The notes under the pieces: model-generated
What the model saw: the letters and a program-made list of their open reading frames with translations, nothing else
What the model was told of the DNA's origin: nothing
Databases searched by the model: none
Assembly (NCBI RefSeq): GCF_016433145.1
Contig: NC_058130.1
Coordinates: 45,002,834 to 45,066,833, forward strand
Reading direction: 5' to 3'
Source: Gracilinanus agilis
Taxonomy: Eukaryota
Length of the DNA stretch: 64,000 bases
Part shown: positions 62,586 through 64,000 of the stretch, piece by piece
How the letters are laid out: each line of letters opens with the position of its first letter
Position numbering within the stretch: position 1 is the stretch's first letter
Position numbers and translations under genes: made by a program

Positions 62586-64000
62586 TTGATTTATCTAAGC
62601 TTGACCATCAATGATCTATAACACTGGTTTGATCTGGCTTTACTCATGGTACAGACCAGTATACCTAAAGCTGCCTTTACACTCCCTTCCATGAATATAG
62701 GTAAGACTGAATAGATCTAACAAATAATCTCTCTAAGCCACAGTATGTCCAGCTCCAGAATGAACGATTTGAATTAGATCACCTCCAAGGCCCCTTCCTG
62801 TGTTCAGGGAGGGTCAGTTTCCTCAAGGGAATTGGCCCACTGATTTCTGCCGCTCCAATTCCTCAAGCAGTAGAGTCTGGAAACAGATTATAATAGTCCT
62901 GTTCAGCTAGATATGCAAATTTATGCTGTACAATACATTTAATTATTTTCTCTACTGGGTCTTTGTAATTATTCAGAATGTTCATTTTAGTGAAAAAATG
63001 ATATACGGTGAGGTAGATGTTAACAGATCATAAGATCTGATGTGTTTTGAAAAGGAATTATAATGATAAATGACAGTGACCTAATTTGTAGAACAATCTT
63101 CCTGCATAAAATAATCCACTAATTTGTAATTATGTGATTAACTCACTAAGAAAAAAAAAGTCAATCAACTCAGAATCATAAAATTACAGAACCCTAAAAT
63201 GACTCAGAGTTTGAAATCAGTCTGTTCTCTTCAGTGAATTTTTTTATATGAATTCCAAATACAAGAAAAATTGGAAGGTTTCTCCCCCTTCTTCCCCTAT
63301 TCACAGAAGAATAAAGTTCATTTAATTTCATTAAAATGAAAACTAGGACAAAAGCAAACTACTTATCTGTGCAATAATTATCAGAAGCTTTAGAGGAATT
63401 AGGGATGTAGTGGCTAAAAGATATTTAGGACAGTAGTGGTCATTAGAGTTCAAAAGAATTTTGAAAGAAAACAAGAGTATTGACACAAATCATATGAGAA
63501 AAATTAGGGAATAGTTACAAAATGAATGCCTGACTTGATGGTCTTTGGAACAAAGGGAAAAAACATATTACATGTACTGAAGCAGACCTTTCGGTTAAAT
63601 GCCAAACAAGAAATGTGATAATTAACAGACTTGGGGAATCCATGTCTTTATCTCACAACTTTCCTAAGAAAAAACGCAAGTATTTTGATGATTGAACTCC
63701 TAGAGAAAATCCTATTTGTTGCTTAACATTTATGTGCCTAGCAAATGAAAATTAATATAGAAATCATCCCTGAAAAAAAGCCTACCAATTCTTACATGAT
63801 GAAGCATAGTACCATTCACTTAGCTTTTTCATATACTTGTAAAATGTTAGAATTAAAAGGGACCTCATGGATCATCTATTCCAAACCATATCTAAAAAAG
63901 ATTCACTTTTATTTCATGCCCAACAAGTTATACAGAATTTTACTCAAGATATGAGGTGACAGAAATATGAGTAGGCACTTATTAATGGGATAAAAAAATC

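Noticed and set aside
1-64000. Bulk of the six-frame ORF track (60-156 aa)
   Set aside because: Short, low-complexity, or inside repeats. Only L1 and CR1 relics show recognisable homology. No operon, CRISPR array, rRNA or genuine tRNA is present; tRNA-like boxes belong to SINE heads.

Overview
AT-rich, CpG-depleted mammalian DNA, not prokaryotic. Repeated SINE1_Mdo-type SINEs, MAR1/MIR CORE-SINEs, marsupial L1, L2, CR1/L3, an RTE-derived element and MER63-like hAT elements point to a didelphid marsupial, most likely Monodelphis domestica (family names are from my recall of consensus sequences, not a database search). I recognise no host protein-coding gene. The only ORFs with recognisable homology are decayed L1 ORF2 and CR1/L3 ORF2 fragments. 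The window reads as a long intron or gene desert: fossil transposons and microsatellites interleaved with unique, CpG-retaining blocks that may be conserved non-coding elements. The most unusual structures seen directly are: (1) a bulge-free 47-bp-stem hairpin at 1319-1426; (2) a ~97%-identical ~170-bp local inverted duplication (38018-38189 / 38915-39087); (3) an ungapped ~81%-identical 100-bp direct duplication (52715 / 54501); (4) several well-formed plus-strand exon candidates (2884-2970, 6258-6391, 20145-20216, 24490-24635), which together with the hairpin could indicate an unannotated plus-strand host transcript (inference only); (5) a strong CTCF motif at 48153-48167. I found no evidence of a new multi-gene system.
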